A DNA stretch of 64,000 nucleotides from contig JBCCFY010000010.1 in NCBI GenBank assembly GCA_039110515.1, positions 50,202 to 114,201 on the forward strand. The letters are read 5' to 3'. Source of the stretch: Pseudomonadota bacterium (lineage in GTDB: Bacteria; Pseudomonadota; Gammaproteobacteria; Arenicellales; Arenicellaceae). Positions 29,635 through 40,282 of this stretch are shown here, piece by piece (the stretch's first letter is position 1; the number at the start of each line of letters is the position of its first letter). The notes below the pieces were generated by a model, which worked only from the letters and a program-made list of their open reading frames with translations, was not told the origin of the DNA and ran no database searches. The translations under genes were made by a program, and so were the position numbers.

Positions 29635-32232
29635 CTATTCCCCGTCTGCCGTGGGTGGCGGCACCAGCACAATGTTAAACATCTGCTTAAGAATTTCGCC
29701 ACTAGCCGGAGTTGCCGGCGAGGTTTTCTTTGGCAATGCACCTGGTGGTTGCGCGCTGACGCTGCTGCCTGCGGTTAGCAAGTAGTGAGCGTCTGCAACT
29801 CCGGATACTCCCGTTGTGGTCGCGGTGCTAACCAACGCGTAGGCATCGGCCGCATCGGTACTGCGATCGGTTTTAACCAGGAAGACATACTGCTGCTGCG
29901 CGGCGCGACTGGTGCTGCCGGTATTGATTGGACCAACTAATGCACTGTTTTTGTCACCCACAACCGGCCCGTTAAAACCGCCGCCGGTCTGGCCTAACTG
30001 CATGGAGCCGCGGCCACCCACGTCTGTCACCAGGATGTTTCCGCCAAAATTTGGCACGCTCTTGTTTTCGGAATCACCGGTAAATGGTTGTAAACGCCAT
30101 TGCGCGGCACCACCCAGATCCGAGGTGGTCAGGTTGTAGTACTTATTGTCGCCTTTGTACGCACTGCCGATAGAAATGTATTTGTTGGTGTCATTAGTCA
30201 GCTGCAGGTACACCGGCACGGACTGCGCGATGGCAGTAGCGGGTATGCTGCCCTCATCCTCGGTATCTGCCTTGGCCCCGTTTACGCCATCGAGCAGCAC
30301 AAAACTGAATGAGTAGCCGTTTTGCTGAGCGATCCCATGACAACCCTGACAACCACCCATATTGTTTTGGCCACCGCTATAAACGACATTGTCCGCGCCA
30401 CGATCAAAGTTGAGCCCACCGTTATCCATATTTGGGCCGACCAAGCGGGCCGCCTGAAGATCACAATAGTCACTATTACTGGCATCGGGTGCGCACCATT
30501 TATTCGGTTGCAGGCGCGATTGTGCCGGTGGCAGCCCCAAAAAGTGCTGCAGACCCTGGTTGGTTTCAATTAAGGTGTTGGCCAGAAAATGAGGTTGGCC
30601 CAAAGCCGACAAGGTTTTGTAGCGACACAGTGCCAACTGTTTCTCCTCGTAATCGGAGTCACCTTCGGTAAAAGCGCAATCATTCGGCGCAAACTGGGTG
30701 CCCACCAAACGATAATTGGCCCAAATCGAGTTAGCCGAGCTGAGCTTTTTCAAGGCCGCGGCATTAACCTGGCAAGTTTGCTCCGCGCTTAGCCCGCAGG
30801 TGGTTTGAGCAGATTTATCCCCGGCGGTAGGAATCATGCGCGACACCGTAATGGCGTTGTCCAGGGTCGGGTAAGGATCGCCTGCCGTGGGTGGGCCGAA
30901 CAGTGGGTTGGTCAACAGATTCACGTAGGTGTACTTTTGCGGATAGGCATAGCTCGAGTCCAGCACGCTGCGGTGTTCCATGGTAGCAAACACAAACGCC
31001 CCAGCGGGATTGGCTATGCCGCTTGTTTTCACCCGCTGTATGGCATGCAGACCAACCAAACCAAAGGTATCAACCGCGATACAAAGCTTGCCGGTTTCCT
31101 TGGGTGGGGTCTCATAGTAGAGCGCGGTGGTGGTGTGATAACGAATCGGGTTGGTGGCCAACTCGGTGTCTGTCAGCTGAATCCAGGCCGCTTTCATATG
31201 CACGGCGCCAGTCCGGCACGGCACATAGGCATTTGAGACCCCTGACTCAGCTTCGCCCTTGGTTGCGTCACAACTGCCATCACCATAACCGAATACGGCG
31301 TTCTGATTACTGGTGTTTCCGCTGGAAGCAGCGGATCGCCACGGCAGGCGAATATTATTCAGCATGGCATTGGTGGCCGAGACTTCATCGTCAATAAGAT
31401 TCGCATTGGCTGTTGGCAGGGCCATATCCGAAGGTGGGTTAACCACATAATCAAAGAAGTCGTAGTTCACCTTGACCTCGTAATAAATCGGTCGGCCGGT
31501 GGACGCATCGCCAGCCCATACGCGCGGCCCGACCACGCTCTCATTATTGATGTCGCAAGGAGCGCCACCATGGCCCATGCACAGCACATCGGTGGATTCC
31601 AGAGCTTGAGATTGAACCTCTGCAGTTTCATCCAGTTGGTTATGAAACTTATTGGCTGCAAATGGCCCACTGGATGCCGTTCCAGCCTTGGCTAGGTCTT
31701 CAGCGGAGCAATAGCCTTCGTATTTGCTCCAGATATTGTCTGGTGTCTTAAAGCGCTTAACCTCCTCACCATTTTCAATGTCATTCCAGTTGCGGCTGTA
31801 GTCATCCTGGAACAGCTCGCGTTTTTCTTTAAACGCTTCCCAAACCACTTCGTTGCCTGCGTCCTTGTAAGTGGAGTTACCGAGGAAGGATTGATCTGCC
31901 AACGGCAGGCCGCGTTTGCCTAGCGCGGTGTTAGATGGCCAGTTAAGCGCCGCAAAGGAGTTCCAGGCAAAAATGTCCCATATGCAGGCTTTATTGTCTG
32001 CACCAGCGCTAGCGCTCGGCGGCACCGGCAAGGCCGGATTATCAAGCTTTAAGTAAGTTGAGATATTGACTGCACAATCACTCTTTTCTGCATAGCCGGG
32101 CCCGACTATTTTGCTCCAATCCAGACTCTGTGCCTTGGTATCAGAGGCCTTCTCATCATTGGAATGGGTGATGGTTGAAATTGAGAACAAGCACAGCAAC
32201 AGCAGATGCATACGCAGGATGCGACTATTCAT
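29635..32232 (-). CDS. Large secreted monoheme (CxxCH) protein of unknown function
   Basis: ATG at 32232 with SD GAGGAGG; signal peptide; CIWDIFAWNSFAALNWP, HMKAAW and ANTLIET motifs; single CQGCH. Confidence 0.75.
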   Translation of the reverse strand: MNSRILRMHLLLLCLFSISTITHSNDEKASDTKAQSLDWSKIVGPGYAEKSDCAVNISTYLKLDNPALPVPPSASAGADNKACIWDIFAWNSFAALNWPSNTALGKRGLPLADQSFLGNSTYKDAGNEVVWEAFKEKRELFQDDYSRNWNDIENGEEVKRFKTPDNIWSKYEGYCSAEDLAKAGTASSGPFAANKFHNQLDETAEVQSQALESTDVLCMGHGGAPCDINNESVVGPRVWAGDASTGRPIYYEVKVNYDFFDYVVNPPSDMALPTANANLIDDEVSATNAMLNNIRLPWRSAASSGNTSNQNAVFGYGDGSCDATKGEAESGVSNAYVPCRTGAVHMKAAWIQLTDTELATNPIRYHTTTALYYETPPKETGKLCIAVDTFGLVGLHAIQRVKTSGIANPAGAFVFATMEHRSVLDSSYAYPQKYTYVNLLTNPLFGPPTAGDPYPTLDNAITVSRMIPTAGDKSAQTTCGLSAEQTCQVNAAALKKLSSANSIWANYRLVGTQFAPNDCAFTEGDSDYEEKQLALCRYKTLSALGQPHFLANTLIETNQGLQHFLGLPPAQSRLQPNKWCAPDASNSDYCDLQAARLVGPNMDNGGLNFDRGADNVVYSGGQNNMGGCQGCHGIAQQNGYSFSFVLLDGVNGAKADTEDEGSIPATAIAQSVPVYLQLTNDTNKYISIGSAYKGDNKYYNLTTSDLGGAAQWRLQPFTGDSENKSVPNFGGNILVTDVGGRGSMQLGQTGGGFNGPVVGDKNSALVGPINTGSTSRAAQQQYVFLVKTDRSTDAADAYALVSTATTTGVSGVADAHYLLTAGSSVSAQPPGALPKKTSPATPASGEILKQMFNIVLVPPPTADGE

Positions 32233-32599
32233 GGGAACCTCCTCGTTATTTCCATGGCGCCTGGCCATAGCGCCTCGCAATAAATCCAGGCGAGACTTTG
32301 TTAACTGATCTGCGGGGTCGAACCATGCGCGTTGTCTCTACTCAACGCACACGTGCCAACCCTGGCAGCGACTAACATCAGCGGATGGGAATTATCCTAA
32401 CCGTGTTTAAAAATAGTACCTTGGCGGAAAATTTGCAAACAAATGTCAAGAAAAATCACCCTCAGTACAGCCTCGGAAACGTAACCTTTGTTTACAAATT
32501 GACGCATAAAACCAGAGTATTCTAATGGCTGGAAAATGGACTTCTGAATTTGGTTAAACGGGAATGGTTGGGGGCTGCTAAGACAGTAAGGCAAATGGT

Positions 32600-32866
32600 A
32601 TGAAAGTAAGATTAAAGGATATTGCTGTAGATGATCTGGATCGCCAGTCAGCAATTCTGCTAAACAATTTCATCAAGACGGCAAAAATGCAGGAAGGGGT
32701 AGACATCGACCTGGATGATGAGCACCTAGTGCATCGAGTCTTCAATATGGGTAAGAATACCGAGAACACCAGTTTACGGATGGTGTTTTTGAGTTTTCGA
32801 CGGACTTTGCGGCGGTGTATGAAGGAACGCAGCAAACAAGATAGTGAAAGGATGCTACTTAACTAA
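32600..32866 (+). CDS. Small hypothetical protein
   Basis: 88-aa isolated ORF with protein-like composition and no competing long ORF. Confidence 0.55.
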   Translation: MKVRLKDIAVDDLDRQSAILLNNFIKTAKMQEGVDIDLDDEHLVHRVFNMGKNTENTSLRMVFLSFRRTLRRCMKERSKQDSERMLLN

Positions 32867-33121
32867 CAGCGGTTGAAGCAACATTAAGGATCAGCACTTC
32901 TTCTTAGGGATGTAAGTTCTTCATTAAACACGCATTACTTTTTCTTTACCCAGTAAAAATTAAATCAATTGCAGCTATTTAGTGATGCAGTGAGACTTGC
33001 ACTGTTCTCAGTTTCTGTGGTCACATTGATGGCTGTGAGACTGCTGTGTTGTTTTAACTTATATATAAGAAAAAGGCACGAAATCGCGCGTGACCTTTGC
33101 GTGTAAAACCGGGAGGCGATC

Positions 33122-35545
33122 ATTCAATCACATGCGCAAACCCTGATTATCGGTGGTGGCATAATGGGCGTGGGTCTGTTGTATCACCTGGCCGAAGAAG
33201 GATGTAAAGATCTCTTGCTAATCGAGAAGGGTGAGTTAACCTCCGGTTCCACCTGGCACGCTGCAGGGCAATGCCCCAGCCTGGTGGGCAACTACAACCT
33301 CGCTAAAATACAGGCCTACGGCAACGAGTTGTATCCACGCCTGGAAGACCTCACCGGGCAATACGTGAGCTGGCACGCCTCCGGCGGTATTCGCCTGGCG
33401 CGCGAGAAAGAGGACCTTGAATGGATGCGCTACCTCAAGGGTATCTCGCAAAGTGTCGGCTTTAATATGGAGATCATCAGCCCCAGCGAAATCAAATCCA
33501 TCGTCCCCTGGTTAGAAGTAGATGATGTCATCGCCGGCGCCTATACCACCGATGATGGTCATGCTGACCCATCGGGATTAACCAACGCCATGGCGCGTGG
33601 CGCGACCAATATGGGCGCCAAGATTCAAACCCATAACCGGGTGATTGATATCAAAAAATTGGCCACCGGCGAGTGGCTGGTAGATACCGAGAAAGGCCCG
33701 ATTACTGCTGAGGTGGTGGTAAACGCGGCCGGGTGCTTTGCTCGCCGGGTGTCGCAAATGATTGGCAGCGATATGCCGCTGGTGAATATGGAGCACCACT
33801 ATATAGTCACTGGCAACGTGCCCGAGTTTGAAGCGCGGGATGAAGAGATGCCGGTGATCCGCGATCCGCGCGCATCCTCATATATCCGGCAAGAACAAAA
33901 GTCCGGCCTGATCGGAATTTACGAAGGCGCGCAAATGACCGAAGCGTGGGCACCTAAGGGTTATCCTGAATGGTCATCCGATAGCGAGCTGTTCACCGAA
34001 GACCTGGATCGGCTGATGCCGTGGCTGGGATACGCTATGGAGCGCCTGCCAATCATCAGTGATGCTGGCATCAAACGAATCGTTAACGGCGCAATCCCGC
34101 ATCCGCCCGATGGCCCGCCTTATTTAGGCCCGGTTGCCGGGGTGAAAAATTTCTGGCTCTGTTGCGGTTCTTCCTTTGGTATTGCCCAGGGGGCAGGTTG
34201 TGGTAAATGCCTGGCGCAATGGATGGTGCACGGCGATTCCGAGATTAATATGACAGGCTTCGATCCACGCCGATTTGGCGTCTACGCCGATGAGAACTAT
34301 GCGCGGGATAAAGGTTTCCAGGATTTCCGCATGACCTACGCCACCCCGTTGCCGGGTGAAGAACTACCCGCCGCCCGCCCGCAACGCGTTAGCCCGTTGT
34401 ATGAAACCCTGAAATCCAAAGGCGGTGTGTTCACCGAAACCTTTGGTTGGGAGCGACCAAAATGGTATTCGCTGGATGGTCGCGAAGAAGAATACGACTA
34501 TCGCCGCAACAATGTGTTTGAGGTGGTGCGTGAAGAGTGCAAGGCGGTGCGGGAACGAGTGGGCATTCTCGATCTGAGTGGCTTCGCTAAATACGATGTC
34601 TCGGGCGCTGATGCAGAAAAGTTTTTAAACAGACTGTGCGCAAACCGCATGCCGAGCAAAGATGGCGGTATTGTGCTCGCGCATATCTTGTCTGAGAACG
34701 GCCGTATCCTGGGCGAAGTGACGATTACTCGTTTTGCTGCCGATCGTTTTTATCTTCTGTCTGCTGCTGGTGCAGAACTGCGCGACCTCGACCACCTGGT
34801 GCAGGGCTGCCTGGACGGCGAGGATGTATCGATCACCAACGTCACTGATGATCGTGGCGTATTGGTGTTAGCTGGACCAAAAGCACGCGACGTACTCGCC
34901 GAGTTAACTGATGCAGATTTAAGCAATGATTCATTCCGCTGGCTCACCGGACAGGAGATCAACGTGGCGGGTAAACCGGTGCGCGCATTGCGTGTGAATT
35001 ACGTTGGCGAGCTCGGCTGGGAGCTGCACCCCAATATGGCTGACCTACCAGCAATTTATGACGCTATCTGGCAGGCGGGCACACGGCATGGCATTGCCGA
35101 TTTTGGTTTGTATGCGGTGAACAGTCTGCGGCTGGAGAAAGGCTATCGCGGTTGGGGTGCAGAGCTCACCAACGAGGTCACCATGATCGATGCCGATATG
35201 GAACGCTTTATCAAACTGGATAAAGACGACTTCACCGGCAAGGCCGCCACGTTGGCGCAGGATGATGCTGAACGCACACTGCAGCTAATTTATTTTGAGG
35301 TGGATGCCAGCGATTCAGATGTGCGCGGTAATGAACCAATCTTTGCTGGCGACAAAGTTGTGGGGCTGACGACCTCGGGCGGCTACGGTCATCACTGCAA
35401 GAAATCGCTGGGCTTTGGTTATGTTACGCCTGACTTGGCCGCGCCCGGTAATACCTTGCAGGTGGGTTTGTTAGAAGAAATGCATCAACTCTCTATTCTC
35501 AAAGACCCGGTGCACGATCCAGCCAACCAACGACTGCGGGCATAA
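33122..35545 (+). CDS. GcvT-family FAD-dependent dehydrogenase (dimethylglycine dehydrogenase-like); probable ATT start
   Basis: Frame upstream of ATG 33164 reads IQSHAQTLIIGGG (FAD-binding beta1 and GxGxxG); GSTWHAAG, GWERP and LRLEKGY motifs; SD GGAGG at 33112-33116. Confidence 0.85.
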   Translation: MQSHAQTLIIGGGIMGVGLLYHLAEEGCKDLLLIEKGELTSGSTWHAAGQCPSLVGNYNLAKIQAYGNELYPRLEDLTGQYVSWHASGGIRLAREKEDLEWMRYLKGISQSVGFNMEIISPSEIKSIVPWLEVDDVIAGAYTTDDGHADPSGLTNAMARGATNMGAKIQTHNRVIDIKKLATGEWLVDTEKGPITAEVVVNAAGCFARRVSQMIGSDMPLVNMEHHYIVTGNVPEFEARDEEMPVIRDPRASSYIRQEQKSGLIGIYEGAQMTEAWAPKGYPEWSSDSELFTEDLDRLMPWLGYAMERLPIISDAGIKRIVNGAIPHPPDGPPYLGPVAGVKNFWLCCGSSFGIAQGAGCGKCLAQWMVHGDSEINMTGFDPRRFGVYADENYARDKGFQDFRMTYATPLPGEELPAARPQRVSPLYETLKSKGGVFTETFGWERPKWYSLDGREEEYDYRRNNVFEVVREECKAVRERVGILDLSGFAKYDVSGADAEKFLNRLCANRMPSKDGGIVLAHILSENGRILGEVTITRFAADRFYLLSAAGAELRDLDHLVQGCLDGEDVSITNVTDDRGVLVLAGPKARDVLAELTDADLSNDSFRWLTGQEINVAGKPVRALRVNYVGELGWELHPNMADLPAIYDAIWQAGTRHGIADFGLYAVNSLRLEKGYRGWGAELTNEVTMIDADMERFIKLDKDDFTGKAATLAQDDAERTLQLIYFEVDASDSDVRGNEPIFAGDKVVGLTTSGGYGHHCKKSLGFGYVTPDLAAPGNTLQVGLLEEMHQLSILKDPVHDPANQRLRA

Positions 35546-35548
35546 GCC

Positions 35549-37993
35549 ATGGCCGAACTACCGAAACAAGCGAATGTCGTCATCATCGGTGGCGGGGTAA
35601 TCGGTTGCTCTATCGCCTATCACCTGGCTAAACAGGGCTGGAGTGATGTGGTGTTGGTGGAGCGTCAGCAACTGACCAGTGGCACCACCTGGCATGCCGC
35701 CGGTTTGGTTGGGCAACTGCGTACCTCGATTAATATGACCAAGCTGGCCAAGTACACCAGCGAACTTTACCGAGGACTGGAAGCCGAGACCGGTCAGGCC
35801 ACTGGCTACCGCCAATGTGGCTCGATCTCGCTGGCTACCAACGAAGAACGTTTTGAAGAGCTCAAGCGCAGTGCCTCGATGGCCAAGGTGTTTGATCTGG
35901 AAGTCAACGTGATAGACGTCGACGAGATTGAACAACGCTACCCCATCGTGAACCGCGAGGGGATTTTGGGCGGCATTTATATTCCATCCGATGGTTATGC
36001 CAACGCAGTGGATATCAGCCAGGCGCTGGCCAAGGGTGCGCGAAATAATGGCGCGCAAATATTCCAGAATACAAAGGTGACCGCCATCAATCACGATGGC
36101 AACAAGGTGACGGGGGTATCCACAGAGAAAGGCGATATCGAGGCCAAGTACGTGGTGATCTGCGGTGGCATGTGGACCCGCGATTTAGCTGCTACCGTTG
36201 GTGTGAATGTGCCTTTGCATGCCTGCGAGCACTATTACATGCTATTTGAATCGGTAGCAGGGTTGGACCCAAGCCTGCCGGTGCTACGTGATTACGATGC
36301 CTGCACCTATTATAAGTACGATGCCGGAAAATTATTGGTGGGTGCGTTTGAGCCCACGGCCAAACCCTGGGGCATGGACGGTATTGCCGAAGACTTCTGT
36401 TTTGACGAGATAGCGGGCGATTTCGATCACTTCGAGCCGGTGCTGCACGATGCCATGAAACGCATCCCGGCCTTACAGGAAGCGGGTATTCAAAAATTCT
36501 TCTGTGGCCCTGAAAGCTTCACGCCGGATGTTCGTTATCACTTGGGTGAAGTGCCAGAACTGCAAAATTGTTACGTGTCTGCCGGGCTGAATTCCATCGG
36601 CCTGCAATCCGCTGGTGGTATTGGCAAGGTGATGGCGGAATGGATTCGCGATGGTCATCCACCGGTCGACCTGTGGGAAGTGGACGTGCGCCGTAATATG
36701 CGCTTCCAGGGTAATCGCAAATACCTGCGTGAGCGAGTCAGCGAAAGCCTGGGTTTGTTATACGCCACGCACTGGCCATTCAGGCAATACGAAACCGCGC
36801 GGGGTGTGCGCAAATCAGCCATTCATGATCGGCTTGTTGCTGAAGGTGCTTGCCATGGCGAGGCCTTTGGCTGGGAGCGACCAAACTGGTATGCGCCAGA
36901 AGGCGTAGAGCCAGTATACGAATACAGCTATGGCCGACAGAACTGGTTTGAGCATTCGGCCGCTGAGCATCGCGCGGTGCGCGAAGGCGTGGCGCTGTTT
37001 GATCAGTCTTCCTTCGCAAAGTTTCGCCTGGAAGGGCGGGATGCCATGGCCGTATTGAACCGTGTATGCGCCAACGATGTTGATCAAAAGCCAGGCCGAC
37101 TGATTTACACTCAGTGGTTGAACGAACGCGGCGGTATCGAGGCGGATCTTACGGTCACGCGATTAAGCGAGACCGCTTTTTTGATCGTGAGTGCGGCCGA
37201 AACCGAAACTCGTGACTTTGCCTGGTTAAAATCACATATCCCGGATGAGGCTCACTGCGTGCTGACCAAGGTCAGCTCGGGCATGGGGGTGATTTCCATC
37301 ATGGGGCCGAAAGCGCGTGACCTACTTCAATCGCTCACGCCTGCGGATATGTCACATGAAATGTTTCCCTTCGCCACCAGTCAGGAAATCGAGCTGGGCT
37401 TTGCCATTGTGCGGGCTTCACGCATCACTTTTGTGGGCGAGTTGGGCTGGGAGTTGTATATACCCACCGAGTTTATGGCTGGGGTGTATGATGAAATTGT
37501 TAAGGCCGGCGAAGAGTTCGGCCTGGTGCATGCTGGCTACCATGCCTTGAATTCGCTCCGCATGGAGAAAGGCTATCGGCACTGGAGCCACGATATTACT
37601 GATGAAGACACACCGCTCGAAGCAGGCCTGGGCTTTACCGTCAAGTTTGACAAGCCGGGCGGGTTTATCGGGCGCGAAGCTTTGCTCAAACAAAAAGAGC
37701 AGGGCTTACCCAAGCGACTGCTGCAATTTAAATTGTTGGAAGAGAAACCTCTGCTGTATCACAACGAACCCATTTGGCGTAATGATGAAATAGTCGGTCA
37801 CATCACTTCAGGGGCCTACGGGCACAGCCTGGGAGGCTGCATCGGGCTTGGTTACGTGGACACCAGTGGGGGTATAGCACCTGATGAGGTGTTGGAAGGG
37901 AGCTACGAGATTGAAGTGGCCGGCGAGCGCATCCCGGCTGAGGCCTCATTGCGGCCTATGTATGACCCGGACAATAAAAAGATCCGCTGCTAA
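35549..37993 (+). CDS. GcvT-family FAD-dependent dehydrogenase (sarcosine/dimethylglycine dehydrogenase-like)
   Basis: VVIIGGGVIG, GTTWHAAG, GPESFTPD, GWERPNW and LRMEKGY motifs. Confidence 0.92.
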   Translation: MAELPKQANVVIIGGGVIGCSIAYHLAKQGWSDVVLVERQQLTSGTTWHAAGLVGQLRTSINMTKLAKYTSELYRGLEAETGQATGYRQCGSISLATNEERFEELKRSASMAKVFDLEVNVIDVDEIEQRYPIVNREGILGGIYIPSDGYANAVDISQALAKGARNNGAQIFQNTKVTAINHDGNKVTGVSTEKGDIEAKYVVICGGMWTRDLAATVGVNVPLHACEHYYMLFESVAGLDPSLPVLRDYDACTYYKYDAGKLLVGAFEPTAKPWGMDGIAEDFCFDEIAGDFDHFEPVLHDAMKRIPALQEAGIQKFFCGPESFTPDVRYHLGEVPELQNCYVSAGLNSIGLQSAGGIGKVMAEWIRDGHPPVDLWEVDVRRNMRFQGNRKYLRERVSESLGLLYATHWPFRQYETARGVRKSAIHDRLVAEGACHGEAFGWERPNWYAPEGVEPVYEYSYGRQNWFEHSAAEHRAVREGVALFDQSSFAKFRLEGRDAMAVLNRVCANDVDQKPGRLIYTQWLNERGGIEADLTVTRLSETAFLIVSAAETETRDFAWLKSHIPDEAHCVLTKVSSGMGVISIMGPKARDLLQSLTPADMSHEMFPFATSQEIELGFAIVRASRITFVGELGWELYIPTEFMAGVYDEIVKAGEEFGLVHAGYHALNSLRMEKGYRHWSHDITDEDTPLEAGLGFTVKFDKPGGFIGREALLKQKEQGLPKRLLQFKLLEEKPLLYHNEPIWRNDEIVGHITSGAYGHSLGGCIGLGYVDTSGGIAPDEVLEGSYEIEVAGERIPAEASLRPMYDPDNKKIRC

Positions 37994-38011
37994 TTGCCGG
38001 CGGATCTTTTT
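37976..38011. terminator. Bidirectional intrinsic terminator between convergent genes
   Basis: AAAAAGATCCGC ... GCGGATCTTTTT inverted repeat with A/T tails on both sides. Confidence 0.8.
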
Positions 38012-38037
38012 ATTTTTAGTTTGGGTTAGATGGGTAA

Positions 38038-38736
38038 CTAGGCAGCAGCCTCGCGCCGCTCAGAAATGAGCTTGGTCGCGGTCTCCACTGCATTACCAGC
38101 ATCGCGGCAATAGGCGTCGGCCCCCACCGCCATAGCGAACTCTTCATTCAAGGGCGCGCCGCCTACAAGAACAATGTAGTCATCGCGAATGCCCATTTCC
38201 TGCAAGGCTTCGATCACCACGCCCATATACGGCATGGTGGTGGTGAGCAGGGCAGACATCCCCAGAATATCCGGGGTGTGTTCTTCCAGGGCTTCTAGAT
38301 ACTCTTCTTTAGTATTGTTAATACCGATATCGATCACCTCGAAACCAGCACCTTCCATCATCATGCCTACCAGGTTTTTACCGATGTCATGAATATCACC
38401 CTTGACCGTGCCAATCACCATTTTACCAATCGGTTTGGCATCGGTTTCGGCCAGTAAAGGGCGCAATACCGCCATGCCCGCTTTCATGGCGGTGGCGGAT
38501 TTCAGGACCTCTGGCACAAACAAAATGCCATCGCGAAAATCGATGCCGACAATGGTCATGCCGTCGACCAATGCTTCGTTCAGCACCTTGTCGGCCGACC
38601 AGCCGCGTTCCAATAGGATATTGGTGCCTTCGACTATTTCATCGCCCAGACCATCGTAAAGATCGTCGTGCATTTGTGGAATCAGCTCCTCGTCAGGGAG
38701 CGCCGCCAAGTCAATATCTTCGTATTCTTCGGTCAT
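38038..38736 (-). CDS. Corrinoid (B12-binding) protein, MttC/MtgC-like
   Basis: Cap domain GILFVPEVL and B12 motif VKGDIHDIGKNLV; ATG at 38736 lies 1 nt after the mttB stop. Confidence 0.92.
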   Translation of the reverse strand: MTEEYEDIDLAALPDEELIPQMHDDLYDGLGDEIVEGTNILLERGWSADKVLNEALVDGMTIVGIDFRDGILFVPEVLKSATAMKAGMAVLRPLLAETDAKPIGKMVIGTVKGDIHDIGKNLVGMMMEGAGFEVIDIGINNTKEEYLEALEEHTPDILGMSALLTTTMPYMGVVIEALQEMGIRDDYIVLVGGAPLNEEFAMAVGADAYCRDAGNAVETATKLISERREAAA

Positions 38737-38737
38737 G

Positions 38738-40282
38738 TCAGCCTCGCCCGATTGCTCCAAGGGATAAGTGAATGGGGAACTTCTCACGGATAGCCCGATC
38801 TATGTCATCGGAAATATGGTTGGGGAAATAGCTGGCGAGAATTTCATCGCGCTTTGCTATGGCCTTCTCCAGCAACACTGGTTTGCCTGCTTCTTCCCAG
38901 TCGTTAGGGCTGCTGCGATCACCAAACTCGGGGTAGATGTATTCGCTTTGCATTACAGCCAGCGTTTCATCCGATCCGAGATAGTGGCCAAGGCCGCCTT
39001 CGCACACTGCTTTGAGGTTCTCAAAGGCAAGCGTGCGTTCATTCACTTCAATACCCCGAGTAATGCGTGCGGTGGCACCCAACACGTCGTTATCGAGTAA
39101 TAGGCTTTCCGGGCTGGCACCCAGCAAGCTGGCGTACATGCCTGCAGACTCATAAACGATATTGGCACCGGAAAGTGCCGCGGGCAGAACCGTGTAGGCA
39201 CGCTCTGCGCCGCCCTGATAATCTGGAAACTTGGAATCGGTCATGCCGCAGGCGGTACCAAAAGGTAAATCAAAATGCAGACCCATCTGCGCGCAGGCTG
39301 AAGAGATCAACCCTTGCTCAGGTGACCCACCACTCATCGCGCCCGTACGCAGGTCGGATACAAACGGCCAGGCACCCAGGATGGCAGGAGCACCCGCTTC
39401 GATGGCATTCACGTAAGTCAGCCCACCCAAAATCTCGGCCCAGGCCTGGGATACGCCACCTGCCAAGCATGCTGGCGTGGTGGCACCAGCTTGACCGGCG
39501 GATAGTAGCAATACCGGCATCCCACCTTCAACCGCGTAGCGCAGGCAGTCAAGCGCATCCTCAGCAAACTTCATGGGCGGCACCACGAAGCAGTTCGACA
39601 TACTTACGAAGGGACGCGCACGCCAGGCTTCTTCGCTGCCGGCAATCATGTGCAACATCTCGAGCGAAGATTCCAGGTGGGTGTAATGAGTCCACGCTGA
39701 GCCGACATGTTTGGTGGTGCCCATCACTGAGCAATACAGCGTGTTGAGGTCCATCTCGTGATTGTCTTCAATATCGCGGATCACGCACATGCGCTGGAAC
39801 ATGTGAATATGTTCGCAGGTATCGGTGATCCTCGCCATGTTGTATAAATCCATCGACTCAGAATCGCGGTAGCTGTTGGCCTCCGCATCGGCCACCATTA
39901 CCGCCGCGCCGGCAGTGGAGAAATGCACTTTGGAACCACTTAAGTGCAGATCATGCTTTGGATCCTGGCCGTGTAGAGTCAGATCGCGTTGGCACTTTGC
40001 TAATGTGTCTTCGATTACTTTGCGAGGAAACCGCAAGCGACCGTCATCACCCATTATGGCGCCCACAGAGGTGCAGGCTTCAATGCAATGCGGCGTGGCA
40101 TCATTAAAGCCAACTTCTTCCAGGATGCGATAGATATTTGCTTCGATCTGCGCAATGCCGTCGTCGCTTAAAGGTTTATAGGCACCGCCCAGCTCGCCTG
40201 GGTGAACAGGCTTGATATCCTTCTCTAAGGGAGCACTGCGGAGCGCTTTTCGCGCTTGTCGACCACCCATTCTTCTGGCCAT
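38738..40282 (-). CDS. mttB: Trimethylamine methyltransferase family (MttB), non-pyrrolysine; MtgB-like
   Basis: AGATTPACLAG, DLRTGAMSGGSPE and MTDSK.PD.Q motifs; no in-frame amber codon. Confidence 0.9.
   Translation of the reverse strand: MARRMGGRQARKALRSAPLEKDIKPVHPGELGGAYKPLSDDGIAQIEANIYRILEEVGFNDATPHCIEACTSVGAIMGDDGRLRFPRKVIEDTLAKCQRDLTLHGQDPKHDLHLSGSKVHFSTAGAAVMVADAEANSYRDSESMDLYNMARITDTCEHIHMFQRMCVIRDIEDNHEMDLNTLYCSVMGTTKHVGSAWTHYTHLESSLEMLHMIAGSEEAWRARPFVSMSNCFVVPPMKFAEDALDCLRYAVEGGMPVLLLSAGQAGATTPACLAGGVSQAWAEILGGLTYVNAIEAGAPAILGAWPFVSDLRTGAMSGGSPEQGLISSACAQMGLHFDLPFGTACGMTDSKFPDYQGGAERAYTVLPAALSGANIVYESAGMYASLLGASPESLLLDNDVLGATARITRGIEVNERTLAFENLKAVCEGGLGHYLGSDETLAVMQSEYIYPEFGDRSSPNDWEEAGKPVLLEKAIAKRDEILASYFPNHISDDIDRAIREKFPIHLSLGAIGRG

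Noticed and set aside
30100-31397. Plus-strand ORFs of 70-143 aa opposite the CxxCH protein
   Set aside because: Shadow frames fully inside a longer, well-supported gene.
39067-39747. 226-aa plus-strand ORF
   Set aside because: Antisense to mttB, R/P-rich, with no recognisable domain.
38738-40282. Pyrrolysine use by MttB, or a link to the amber codon at 50114
   Set aside because: mttB has no in-frame TAG and no pyl genes are present in the window.
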